NCBI GenBank assembly: GCA_963755915.1
Contig: CAVWLP010000002.1
Location: forward strand, 2,112,001-2,176,000
DNA length: 64,000 bases
Source: an uncultured Phycisphaerales bacterium
Lineage (GTDB): Bacteria; Planctomycetota; Phycisphaerae; Tepidisphaerales; Tepidisphaeraceae
Direction: 5' to 3'
The position numbers were made by a program, and so were the translations under genes. Shown one piece after another: positions 43,291 to 52,800 of the stretch (the stretch's first letter is position 1; the number at the start of each line of letters is the position of its first letter). The notes below the pieces were generated by a model. That model did not search any database. It saw nothing but the letters and a program-made list of their open reading frames with translations, and was not told the origin of the DNA.

Positions 43291-44040
43291 TACGCCTCCC
43301 CTAGACCAGCGAGAGAAGCTGATGGCCTTCGGTCACCAGCTTGGGGTGACGAGGTTGTGGCGGGATCGCACTATTCCAGCGATGTCGTCGCGGGTCAGAA
43401 GCTCGGGACGGAAATTGCCGGACGATTACGAAGTTCCCGAGCTGACGTTTTCACCAACCGGCCCCCATTTGACCGCGGTCGCTCAAATAATTACATTCCC
43501 AAAATCTGGGCTGCCGGGGTGTAGCCCAGGACCACATTTGCCATTCTGCACAGGCCAAGGGAGGAAAAAATGCCACGATCATGCCGACTTTTGATCCAAA
43601 CCGCCCGCCGGAGCTCTTTGCGGCGATTCAGCATTTGCAAAACCGCCCGTGTCGTTCTTCCCGCCTTCGCGTTTCCAGTCGCGGCGCGAGCGGCCTACAC
43701 CTTCAACACCGTTCTCAACATCAATACCAGCCAGTTTAACGTCGGCGTCTTCAATATCACCCTCAACAACACCGGAACCGTGGCATTTTTGGGCGAATCC
43801 GGGCCCGACAACAATCCGGTCTCAGGCTTTTACACCACCCCCGCCAACGGCAATGGACCGATTACAACGATCGTCACCGATAATGGCGCCTATAGCAATA
43901 TTAGGTACTGGTTCAGTTTGAATTATTATTTTGTATTTCTATGTTTTGTTCGCAAAAACACGCCCAAAACTTTCACCTGCTGGACCCAATTATAGTGAGA
44001 CAGTTGTTTTGCAGGATATTGAATTGAGAAATTGGGACCG

Positions 44041-44865
44041 TCAGTCGATCAGTTTCAGCAAGTCCTCAATCTCCCAAACCGATTTTGATAGACCAGCGGC
44101 CATTGCGGGTGTCTCTCGTAAGGTGGTGTGAATCTTGCAGTAGTTGTAGTGCATGAAGTAGAGCGCAATCGCGTGGCCGTGATTTTCAATCTTCTTTGAG
44201 TGGGCGTTCGTGAGGCGGGTAAAACGGCGCATTCCCATTCGCATCGACAAATTTTGCCGCTCAACAAAACTCGTACTGACGAGGCGCGGTTCGGGCGTTC
44301 CGCAGATTTCTTCTTTCCGAGTGCCGATGATGTTGGCCGGACTGTAGCGGGCCTCGCCGGGCCGCTCCGCACCGTAGAGCTTCACCAGCATGGCGTAATC
44401 AATGTCACCGCCGAAGGCATCGTCTACGGCGTCCAGATATGCTTTGTGGCCGTCGGTGGTGAGTTGCACTTTGCGGGCGAGACGCTTCGCAACGTCGTAC
44501 ATGAATTCGTGTGCATAGCCGCCGTCGCGAAGTCCGAGCGTATAGGAAATGATGAGCTTTGAATCGGCGTCCAGTGCAGTCCATGTCCAGCAATCGCCGT
44601 AACCCCACTGGCCGCGTTTTTCTTCTGGGACGTTGGCGGCTTTCGCGTAGCAGAATGACCAGATTTCATCGCACTGCACGCGTTTTGTGAGCAAGTGGCA
44701 AACATGCTCATCGTGATATTTTGCGCACGCTTCGCCAAGCTGGGCCAAGAGCTTTAGAACCGTGTTCTTTGCAGCGCCAGTCACCCGGCAAGTGGCGTTA
44801 ACGCCGACGCCATCGACAAGGCATTGGACTATCTGCACCCGCGTCTTGTCTTCAATCTTGTTCAT
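44041..44865 (-). CDS. IS1-family DDE transposase
   Basis: QCDEIWSF, W.W.A.D, TTDG...Y, TSFVERQN..MR...RRF.R.T. Confidence 0.9.
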   Translation of the reverse strand: MNKIEDKTRVQIVQCLVDGVGVNATCRVTGAAKNTVLKLLAQLGEACAKYHDEHVCHLLTKRVQCDEIWSFCYAKAANVPEEKRGQWGYGDCWTWTALDADSKLIISYTLGLRDGGYAHEFMYDVAKRLARKVQLTTDGHKAYLDAVDDAFGGDIDYAMLVKLYGAERPGEARYSPANIIGTRKEEICGTPEPRLVSTSFVERQNLSMRMGMRRFTRLTNAHSKKIENHGHAIALYFMHYNYCKIHTTLRETPAMAAGLSKSVWEIEDLLKLID

Positions 44866-44975
44866 AATGAACATTATGCTTGCTCGTGCATGAAAAGTCA
44901 ATAGGAACTTTGTATATTATTCAAAGTTTTAGTGGTTGACAACCGATGTAGATTGTATATTATGTAAAGCGTGGC

Positions 44976-45440
44976 ATGGAAGTACCAAGCAATGGCGAAG
45001 GAGGAAAAGGAGTATCGACAATGCAGGAAGAACAAGCCTCCGCCGCTCTCTGGAAAAATGCCGGCGTCGGTGATCCCGCAACAGTTTGGCCTGTTAAATA
45101 TTGGCCATGCGTTGTCGCGGAAACAAAATTTCTGACCGCCCAGCAATATTGGCATGTTGCAGGACAGATTGATGAAATTGCCTGTGAGGTTGAACCTTGC
45201 AGGTGTCCTACAGCGGACATCGCAAAGATTAAGGATTTTTGGGAACTAAAAGATAAAGGCGGTCCGCTGGGAAAGATCAACCTGCGTGTCTTCTTTTTTG
45301 TGAACACCGATCGCCACGAAATTGTTGTTTTGGGTGTTCACAAAAAAGAAGACGAAGATCAGCTTAGGAACTCCGTGATCATTCGAATAGCGCGGCGTTT
45401 GCGGCTTTATTTGCAGAGCGTATCGCCCAAGAAACAGTAG
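44976..45440 (+). CDS. RelE/ParE/HigB-like toxin (putative)
   Basis: WELK....GKINLRVFF....IVVLGVHKK pattern; directly upstream of an HTH gene. Confidence 0.55.
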   Translation: MEVPSNGEGGKGVSTMQEEQASAALWKNAGVGDPATVWPVKYWPCVVAETKFLTAQQYWHVAGQIDEIACEVEPCRCPTADIAKIKDFWELKDKGGPLGKINLRVFFFVNTDRHEIVVLGVHKKEDEDQLRNSVIIRIARRLRLYLQSVSPKKQ

Positions 45441-45461
45441 ACAGCAGACAGGAGCACTGAC

Positions 45462-46019
45462 ATGATAGCCATCAAAAAATCGCCGGAGGTCGAAAAACAG
45501 GTTCCCCACGTCGAAAAGCTGTCCATTGAACAGCAGTTGCAACTCGCGTCGGCCAATATCAACGGTACTCTTGAATCGTCGCTCACGGCCGCAGCGGTTG
45601 CCACGGTGGTTGCCAGAATGGTGCAACTAGACCCGGCTGACCAGAGCGACCTATTCGAGTGCATGAAGGACTTGTCAACGATCAAGTCCCGCGAAGACGC
45701 CGAAGAGACAATGAAGACGATCCTCGAAATTCTGGAGCCAAGGGGCCACGAGTCGTCTCGGTTGAAGGATTCATTGGTCGAGGAAATTCCTTCGCGTCAG
45801 AACCACGAAAGCTGGCTGATATGGATCAGCCAAAAGCTCAAATCATTGCGCGAAGAACGCAGCCTAACGCAAGCGGAGTTAGCTCGGCGCGCCGGTTTGC
45901 TCCAGAGCCATATCAGCCGTCTAGAAGCTGGAAGGCACAGTCCGTCCATGAAAACCCTACAGAAGCTCGCCGACGCTTTGAAGATTGACGTTAATTCTCT
46001 CAGCTTATTGTCCGCCTAA
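45462..46019 (+). CDS. XRE-family HTH protein (putative HigA-like antitoxin)
   Basis: LKSLREERSLTQAELARRAGLLQSHISRLEAG..SPS..TL.KLA.AL; AGGAG RBS. Confidence 0.8.
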   Translation: MIAIKKSPEVEKQVPHVEKLSIEQQLQLASANINGTLESSLTAAAVATVVARMVQLDPADQSDLFECMKDLSTIKSREDAEETMKTILEILEPRGHESSRLKDSLVEEIPSRQNHESWLIWISQKLKSLREERSLTQAELARRAGLLQSHISRLEAGRHSPSMKTLQKLADALKIDVNSLSLLSA

Positions 46020-46020
46020 C

Positions 46021-46281
46021 TTACGAGGGGCGGCGAGGCCATCTGGCTCTCGCCGCCTTCTTCGCGATTTCGCTTCGAGATTTGGCAGACAGTTTTTTTG
46101 CCCGCGCCTTCCCACCCTTGCTCGCCCCCAGCTTGCTCAATGCAACCGCATGAGGATTACGTGTGTCATTCGGGGGTGGACTCCCCGGTGGCAGGATAGG
46201 TGGACCATTCCCCGTGGCGGCATCGACGACGGCCTTAGCTGTTTGGGTAAAATCTCGGCGATTGCTTGCTCGTGCTGGCAT
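46021..46281 (-). CDS. Small basic IS-associated protein (KGG..RA..L motif)
   Basis: NPHAVALSKLGASKGGKARAKKLSAKSRSEIAKKAARARW; adjacent to the IS end and co-oriented with the transposase. Confidence 0.7.
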   Translation of the reverse strand: MPARASNRRDFTQTAKAVVDAATGNGPPILPPGSPPPNDTRNPHAVALSKLGASKGGKARAKKLSAKSRSEIAKKAARARWPRRPS

Positions 46282-48386
46282 TCCCCGACTCTGCCACGAA
46301 TTGGGATCGGCGTCAAATTTTCAAAGATTCAAACTGAACCAGTACCCAATATTAACATCTACCCCAGCCTAAACGACAACGGCACGGTCGCCTTCGCGGC
46401 CAATTTCGGCAGTGGCACCGGTGTATTTACCGGAAGCGGCGGCGCCATCACCCCCGTCTACCTGAGCAACCCGGCCGGACCCTTCACCAGCTTCATCACA
46501 AGAGCGCACCCGGCGATCAATCAGAGCGGAGAGCTCGCATTCTTCGCCGACTATGATGAAGGCTACGACAACATCTATGCCACCGACGGCGTCTTCGCCG
46601 GATCAGGCGGGTCTACTTTCAACGACATCGTGGATAACAGCAACGGCACGAATGGGTATTACGGCATCTCGATAAACAATACCGGGGAAGTAGCTGTAGC
46701 CGCCGGCAACGGAGTTTACGAAGGAGTTGGCAGCGATAACCCCACAACGATTGCCAGCATGGGCGGAATTTATCGGGAGTTCGAAAATGTAAGCAACAAT
46801 TCCTCCGGAATGGTCGCGTTTGACGCCTACACCACCACCGGATCGGGAATTTTCCTCTACAACGGCACGGGCGTTACCCAGGTTGCCGCCGGCACTGACG
46901 ATGAAGGCACCGACTTGCAGGAGGTGTTCGATCCCACCATCAATTCCAGCGGCGCGGTCGCGTTCGGCGGCTACACCTGGAACTCCGCCATTGGCGCTGA
47001 CGAATCTGGAATCTACACCGGGAACGATCCCGTCGCCGACAAGGTGATCGCCTACGGAGACCCCCTCTTCGGTTCCACCGTGACTGGCGTCAGCAATCAA
47101 TTCTTCGGCTTCAACAACGCCGGTCAGGTGGCGTTCCAATATTACCTCGCTGATGGCGCTGTAGGGGTCGCCATCGCCACGCCCGTTGGCAATCCACCTA
47201 CGCTGACTTGGGATAACGCCGGGGGAGCCAGCCCCAGCGACGGAAAAACCTGGGATACGACCAGCAACAACTGGAACAACGGCACATCCGCCACCGTCTA
47301 CGCCGACAACAGCAATGTTATTTTCAACGACAGCAATAACGGCCATTACGCTGTCACGCTGAATACCACGGTGCATCCCTTTTCCGTGACGGTCAACAAC
47401 AACTCGGGCAACTACGTGATCAGCGGCACAGGCAGCATCGGCGGCACTTCCGCGATGCTCACCAAAACCGGCACGGACACGCTGACCCTCGCCAACACCG
47501 GAACCAATACCTACGGCGGGGGGACCACCGTCAGCGGCTGGACGTTGTTAATCGCCGCGCCCGGCGCCCTTCCGGCCGGCGGCACCGTGACCGTCACAGC
47601 CGGGACGCTGCGATTGGGCGCAAACACGGGGGCCGAGACTTTAACGAGTCTGACCCTCTCCGGTACCGGCACGTTCGACGTGAACAACAATCACGTCATC
47701 ATCAATTATGGCCCCGACCCTTACCTCGATCCGATCGCGTCCATCGCGGCGTGGCTGGCAACTGGATTCAACGGCGGATATTGGAACGGCGCGGGTGGGA
47801 TCACCTCGACCGCGGCGGCAGCCAATCCCAGTTACGGCCTGGGCTACGCTGACTCGGCCGATCCGGGAAACCCCGCCGGCCTCGGTTCCGGAACCTTGGA
47901 AATAAAGTATACCCTCCTCGGCGACGCGAACCTGGACGGCGTCGTAAATGGAACTGATTTCAGCATCCTCGCCGCCAACTTCGGCACCGGCGCGACAAAC
48001 TGGGACCAGGGAAATTTCCTCTATGGGAGCTCCGTCAACGGCTCCGATTTCAGCGCCCTGGCCGCCAACTTTGGCCAGGGCGACAGTGGCGCTGACGTCG
48101 CTGTCTCCCCAGCCGACATCGCCGCGCTCGATGCCTTCGCTATCGCCAACGGATTGCCGCTGCCTGCGATCGGTGTCGTCCCCGAACCAACTTCTCTGAC
48201 AGCGCTTGCATGCGCGTCTGGCCTGATGATTCGCCGACGGACACGTGTTCCGAAGTTCGTCTGAAAAATGCCGTCAACAAATCAGGCAAGATTTAGCTTG
48301 CCGCGAATTTCCAAAAAAGTGCCAAGCGAATTTTCCCCTATACTGCCGGGCGATTAATATAGACCGCTCATTCGAAGGTGCACCCT

Positions 48387-48524
48387 ATGAAAAAAGTGGC
48401 GGTTACAGGCGGTAACGGAAAGCTCGGACGCTTTGTTGTTGCGGACCTGCTCCAGCACGGCTTTGATGTGACGAATCTGGACATAGACCGCTCCAGCGAT
48501 CTGAAATGCCAAACGCGCCAGCTA
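48387..48524 (+). pseudogene. NAD-dependent epimerase/dehydratase 5' fragment truncated by IS630
   Basis: MKKVAVTGGNGKLGRFVV..L..HG..V..LD; no continuation after the IS. Confidence 0.75.
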
Positions 48525-49569
48525 GAGCATTTCCTTTTCCAAACTAGCGCCAGGCATCGACCTGTGCTAACCTCCGAAACAACAAGGAGGTTTTCATGGC
48601 TTCCCAGATCACCCTCACCCGTCGATGGATCATCTCGGCCTATCAAGCCGGCAAGGGCACCAAGGAAATCGCCGCGATCTTCGGCCGGTGCGAATCAGCC
48701 GTTCGCCGCGTGCGGCAGAATCATCGCGAGCGCGGAACCGCGGACCCGCTGCTCCACCTTCGCGGCCGCAAAGGAAAACTCACCGACCAGATCAAAACGC
48801 AGCTCGGGCAATTCGTGGCGGATCATCCCGACGCCACGCTCGCTGAAATCAAGGAGCAATTGCAACTGGACGTGGCGCTCTCCACGGTGGACCGTTGGGT
48901 CGGGAAGCTGGATTTGTCCTTTAAAAAAAGTCCCTCCACGCCGCCGAGCAGGAGCGGCCCGACGTCGCCGAGGCGCGTGCGCAATGGGAACAAAACGTAA
49001 AGCAGGTCGATCCCAATCGCCTGGTTTTTCTGGATGAATCCGGGGCCAAAACCAACTTCACCCGCCTGCGTGGCCGCTGCGCCCGGGGTGAACGATTGGT
49101 GTGCAGGGTCCCGGCCGGACACTGGAGCACGACCACCATGATCGCCGCGGTGCGAGTCGGCGGCGCCATCGCCGGCGCGGTGGTGAAAGGACCGATGGAC
49201 GGCGACGTTTTCGTCGTGTGGGTGCGTGAGGCGCTGCTTCCAGGACTGCGGCCCGGCGACATCGTGGTGATGGACAATCTGCCGGCTCACAAGCGGCCGG
49301 CGGTGCGGGCGATGATCGAAGCGGCGGGCTGTGAATTACGGCTGCTGCCGCCTTATTCTCCGGATTGGAATCCGATCGAGATGATGTGGAGCAAGGTGAA
49401 GCAGTTGATCCGCGGCGCCGAGCCCAGAACATTCGAAGCGTTGGTGGAGGCGGTGTTCAAGGCGATGGATGCAATCACGGCCAGCGACGCCGAGGGATTC
49501 TTTGAGCACTGCGGCTATCACCTTCCGCTAGCTTAATTTGGGAAATGCTCTAATTTGGGAAATGCTCTA
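48523..49569 (+). mobile_element. IS630-family insertion sequence
   Basis: Terminal IR TAGAGCATTTCC / GGAAATGCTCTA, CTAG context at both ends. Confidence 0.9.
48596..49536 (+). CDS. IS630 transposase (probable programmed -1 frameshift at TTTAAAAAAAG ~48920-48930)
   Basis: orfA HTH; the shifted frame gives KKSLHAAEQERPDV..RLVFLDESG..VMDNLPAHK..LPPYSPD.NPIE. Confidence 0.9.
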
Positions 49570-49734
49570 GATGGCCGGTCGATAGGCTCTCCGTATTTAC
49601 GGACGTCGGCTCGAAATACTGATGCTTTTTGCGTGGGAATGCGGGTTTTTGAATAGGATTGCATATATGCAACAACCCAGTAAAACGCTTGGAAAATCCA
49701 GGGTTTTTCGGGCTTTCCGGCCCGCTCCAAATGC

Positions 49735-49778
49735 GACTGTCGATCCGGTGGTTGCGGGTTCGAGCCCCGTCGCGCTCG
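49735..49778 (+). other. 3' half of tRNA-Asp(GTC): probable attachment-site (att) duplication
   Basis: GACTGTCGATCCGGTGGTTGCGGGTTCGAGCCCCGTCGCGCTCG comprises the anticodon loop, T-arm and 3' acceptor strand; D-arm and 5' acceptor strand are absent upstream. Confidence 0.8.
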
Positions 49779-49809
49779 CTTTATCAAAATCGAATCGCTC
49801 GATTAAAGA

Positions 49810-49835
49810 ACAAGCCCCGATTTCTCGGGGCTTGT
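49810..49835. terminator. Hairpin terminator between the tRNA fragment and the convergent gene
   Basis: ACAAGCCCCGA-TTTC-TCGGGGCTTGT perfect 11-bp stem. Confidence 0.7.
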
Positions 49836-49864
49836 CTCATTTCTATAACTTGCGGACTCCGCGG

Positions 49865-52800
49865 CTATTGCTTCCGCCGCCGCCGCCGCGCCAGCATTCC
49901 CACCGCGCCCAGCGCCATCAGCCCGACCGACGCCGGCTCCGGCACCGCCGCTAACGACGGCAGCGGCAACCCGTTCGCCACCGCGAATGCATCCAACGCC
50001 GCAATATCCGCCGGCGTCACCGTCGCATCGGCCCCGCTGTCCCCCTGGCCGAAATTCGCGGCCAATGCGCTGAAATCAGAGCCGTTCACCGAAGAACTGT
50101 AAAGGAAGTTCCCCTGGTCCCAGTTCGTCACGCCCAACCCGAAGTTGGCCGCCAGGATCGAGAAGTCAGTGCCGTTAACAGTGCCGTCGAGATTGGCGTC
50201 GCCCAGCAGCGTGTATTTGATCTCAAATTGCCCGCTGGAGAGGCCGGGGACGTTGTGCAGGCCGTCAGAGCCGTCCGCCCAGCCGACTCCGTATTTGAAT
50301 CCGTTCGTGGGCGTCTGGGCAGACGTGGAGAGGATGCTCCCGCCACCGAAGTCAACGCCGTTCCAGGTACCTCCGTTGAAGCCATTCTTCAGCATCTGGT
50401 AGATCGAGCTGTCAATCGTCGACTGGCTCTCGCCCGCCGCTCCGTAATTGATGATCAGGTGGTTATTGGTGATATCCAGCGTCGCATTGGGGTTGATCAC
50501 CAGCGAATTCACCGTGCTTCCGCCGCTGCCTGCCGCCAACTGAAGCACCTGCCGGCTGCCGTTGCCGATTTCTAGGGTTCCCGTACCGGTAACCCCGGCG
50601 ATGCTGACGGTCGGTTCAGCCTCCACGCCGTTGGTCGTCGAACCGCCCGTGATCGCGACGGTCCCGTCGTTGATCAGCGCCGTCGCATCCGCCGCCGGCA
50701 CAATCGTCGTTGTATGCACCGCAAACGGATCCACCGGCCCGCTGATCGACAGCGTTGTATTCGCGTCCACCCCCAGCGCCGATCCCGCGGCCGTAACTGA
50801 TACCACGGTCGAATTGCTTGTCGTAATCGACGAAGCGGATGCATCGACGAGGTTCAACGTCCCGCCGCCCCAGGTCAGCGCGGTCGGTGTCAGCACCACG
50901 GGATTCCCCGCCGCGCTGATCGTCGAGCTCCCGCCCGCCGGCACGGTCGGATTCACCGTCAGCGGCCGGCTTGATGACCAGGACGAGTTCAGCAGTAGCG
51001 TGCCGCCGCCAAACGTCACCCCGCCCGGCGCATTACCCAGCAGCGCGTCCCCCACGGAACCCAACTCCAGGGTCCCGCCATTCAGGATCGTGCCGCCCGA
51101 ATAATTGTTGTTCGTCGTGCTGTTCAGGTTCAGCGTTCCGGTGTAGGTCGAGCCCAGTTTGATCGCCAGCATTCCGCCGCCGCTGGGGGTATCAGAATTG
51201 TCCGTGATATACCCGGCAAAGTTCGTCGACTTGGTTCCGTCGATAATCAGCAGTGCGTTATTCGTCGAGTTATCCGTCACGATCGCCAGCGTGCCTGCGG
51301 CGCCGCTGTCCAGCGATCCAATCGTTTGGGTGACGCCAAACACGTCCAGGTATCCGTTGTTGTTCAGATGGACGTTCGTGGTCGTCGGCAGGGCGTTGTT
51401 CACGTCAAGCTGCACTTCCCCGCCGCTGCTGTTGTCGATGGTCGTTGACGACCCGCCGCCCGGTGTCGGTCCGTCATATGTGCTCTGCCCTTCGAGCATG
51501 ACCAGGCCCGCTCCACCCGTGAAGTCCACGTCGCCGTCGCCGGTTATCGCGCCGCCGATCACCAGCGTATTGCCGCTGTTGGCGCCGATATCCGTCGTGA
51601 ACGAAGTCAGCTCGTTGGAGTTCAGCATGATCGTGTTGTCGATTTCGCTGGTCGGCCCGCCTTCGCCCGTGATGCTCACCGCGGCGCCGTTGATGTACAC
51701 ACTGCCGCCGCCATTGATGTTGCCTCCGTCCAGCCGAATTCCCACCGCGCCGTCGAGGATTAGGTCGCCCGTGAATCCGCCCGGCGTGCTTGGCGCGGTG
51801 AAGCTGAACGCCGAATTGCTGCTCAGGTCCAGCGCGCCGCCCAGCACCGACAAAACTCCAATCGTTCGCGTCGGCTGGAGATTGTTAAACGTCAGCGTCC
51901 CCGTCCCGATCTTCGTCAGGTTTCCGCCGGAGCCCGTCAGGTTGAAGCCCAGCGTGACATTATTCCCGTCGGTGTCGATCGTCGACGTCGTCCCGGGGTT
52001 CAGCGTTATCGACTCGGTCCCCGTCCCGAACGTCACCGGCGACGTAAATTGCATTGTCCCGCCCAGCATATTGATCCCGCCCGAACCGGAATTGATTTCC
52101 CCCGGATCATTGATCGCAAGAACCCCTCCCTCCACGTCCGTCGGACCGGAGTAGGAATTCGAAATGTTCGTCAGCGAAACCGTTGCCGTCGAATTCACTG
52201 CCACGCTGCCGGAGCCGGAAATCAGTCCCGAATAGCTCCCGTTGCTCGCCTGATTGAACACCAGCGATGCCGACGTGTTGTTGATTTGCACGCCACCGCT
52301 CGACGGCAGCGAACCCGTGGACGTCTCCAGCACCCCCGTGTTGATCACCGTTCCGCCCGAATAGGTGTTGGTTCCTCCCAGCACAACCGTTCCGGTGTCG
52401 CCGCCGACGCTCAGCGTATATCCGTTGTTGCCGTCGCTTATTCCGCCCGTTAGCGCCAGGACGTTGTTTGCCGAGGCCTGGAAATTCTGCGACCCGGTCA
52501 GCACGATCGGCGCACTGATCGTCGTCGTCACCGCGCTTGCGTTGGTTTCCGTCGCCGAATCCACGATCCCGCCCGAAAGCGTAATTGTGTTCGTTCCCGC
52601 CACGGTATATCCCTGCGTCACGTTCGAGAAAATCAATCCACCGCCGGCCGTCACCGCGCCCGACACCGTTATCGTACCGCCCGCTCCGCCACTCCCGATG
52701 ATTACGGGATCGTTAGAGCTGTTGTTATACGCCTGCCCGCTGAAGCTTTGGGTGCCGGTAGTTGTGAAGAAATTGGTGGAACCAGCCTGCCACGTCCCAT

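Larger units (their letters stand above)
43904..46346 (-). mobile_element. IS1-family transporter element carrying a toxin-antitoxin pair
   Basis: Perfect 20-bp terminal IR GGTACTGGTTCAGTTTGAAT / ATTCAAACTGAACCAGTACC; 8-bp target duplication CAATATTA (43896-43903, 46347-46354). Confidence 0.93.
43570..48264 (+). pseudogene. PEP-CTERM/dockerin-like secreted protein split by the IS1-family element
   Basis: Joining 43570-43903 to 46355-48264 gives in-frame ...GAYSNINIYPSLNDNG...; (S/T)IN..G.VAF repeats, dockerin-like module, VPEP tail. Confidence 0.85.

Noticed and set aside
49735-49778. Functional tRNA-Asp gene
   Set aside because: No D-arm or 5' acceptor strand; only 2 bp of the anticodon stem can form.
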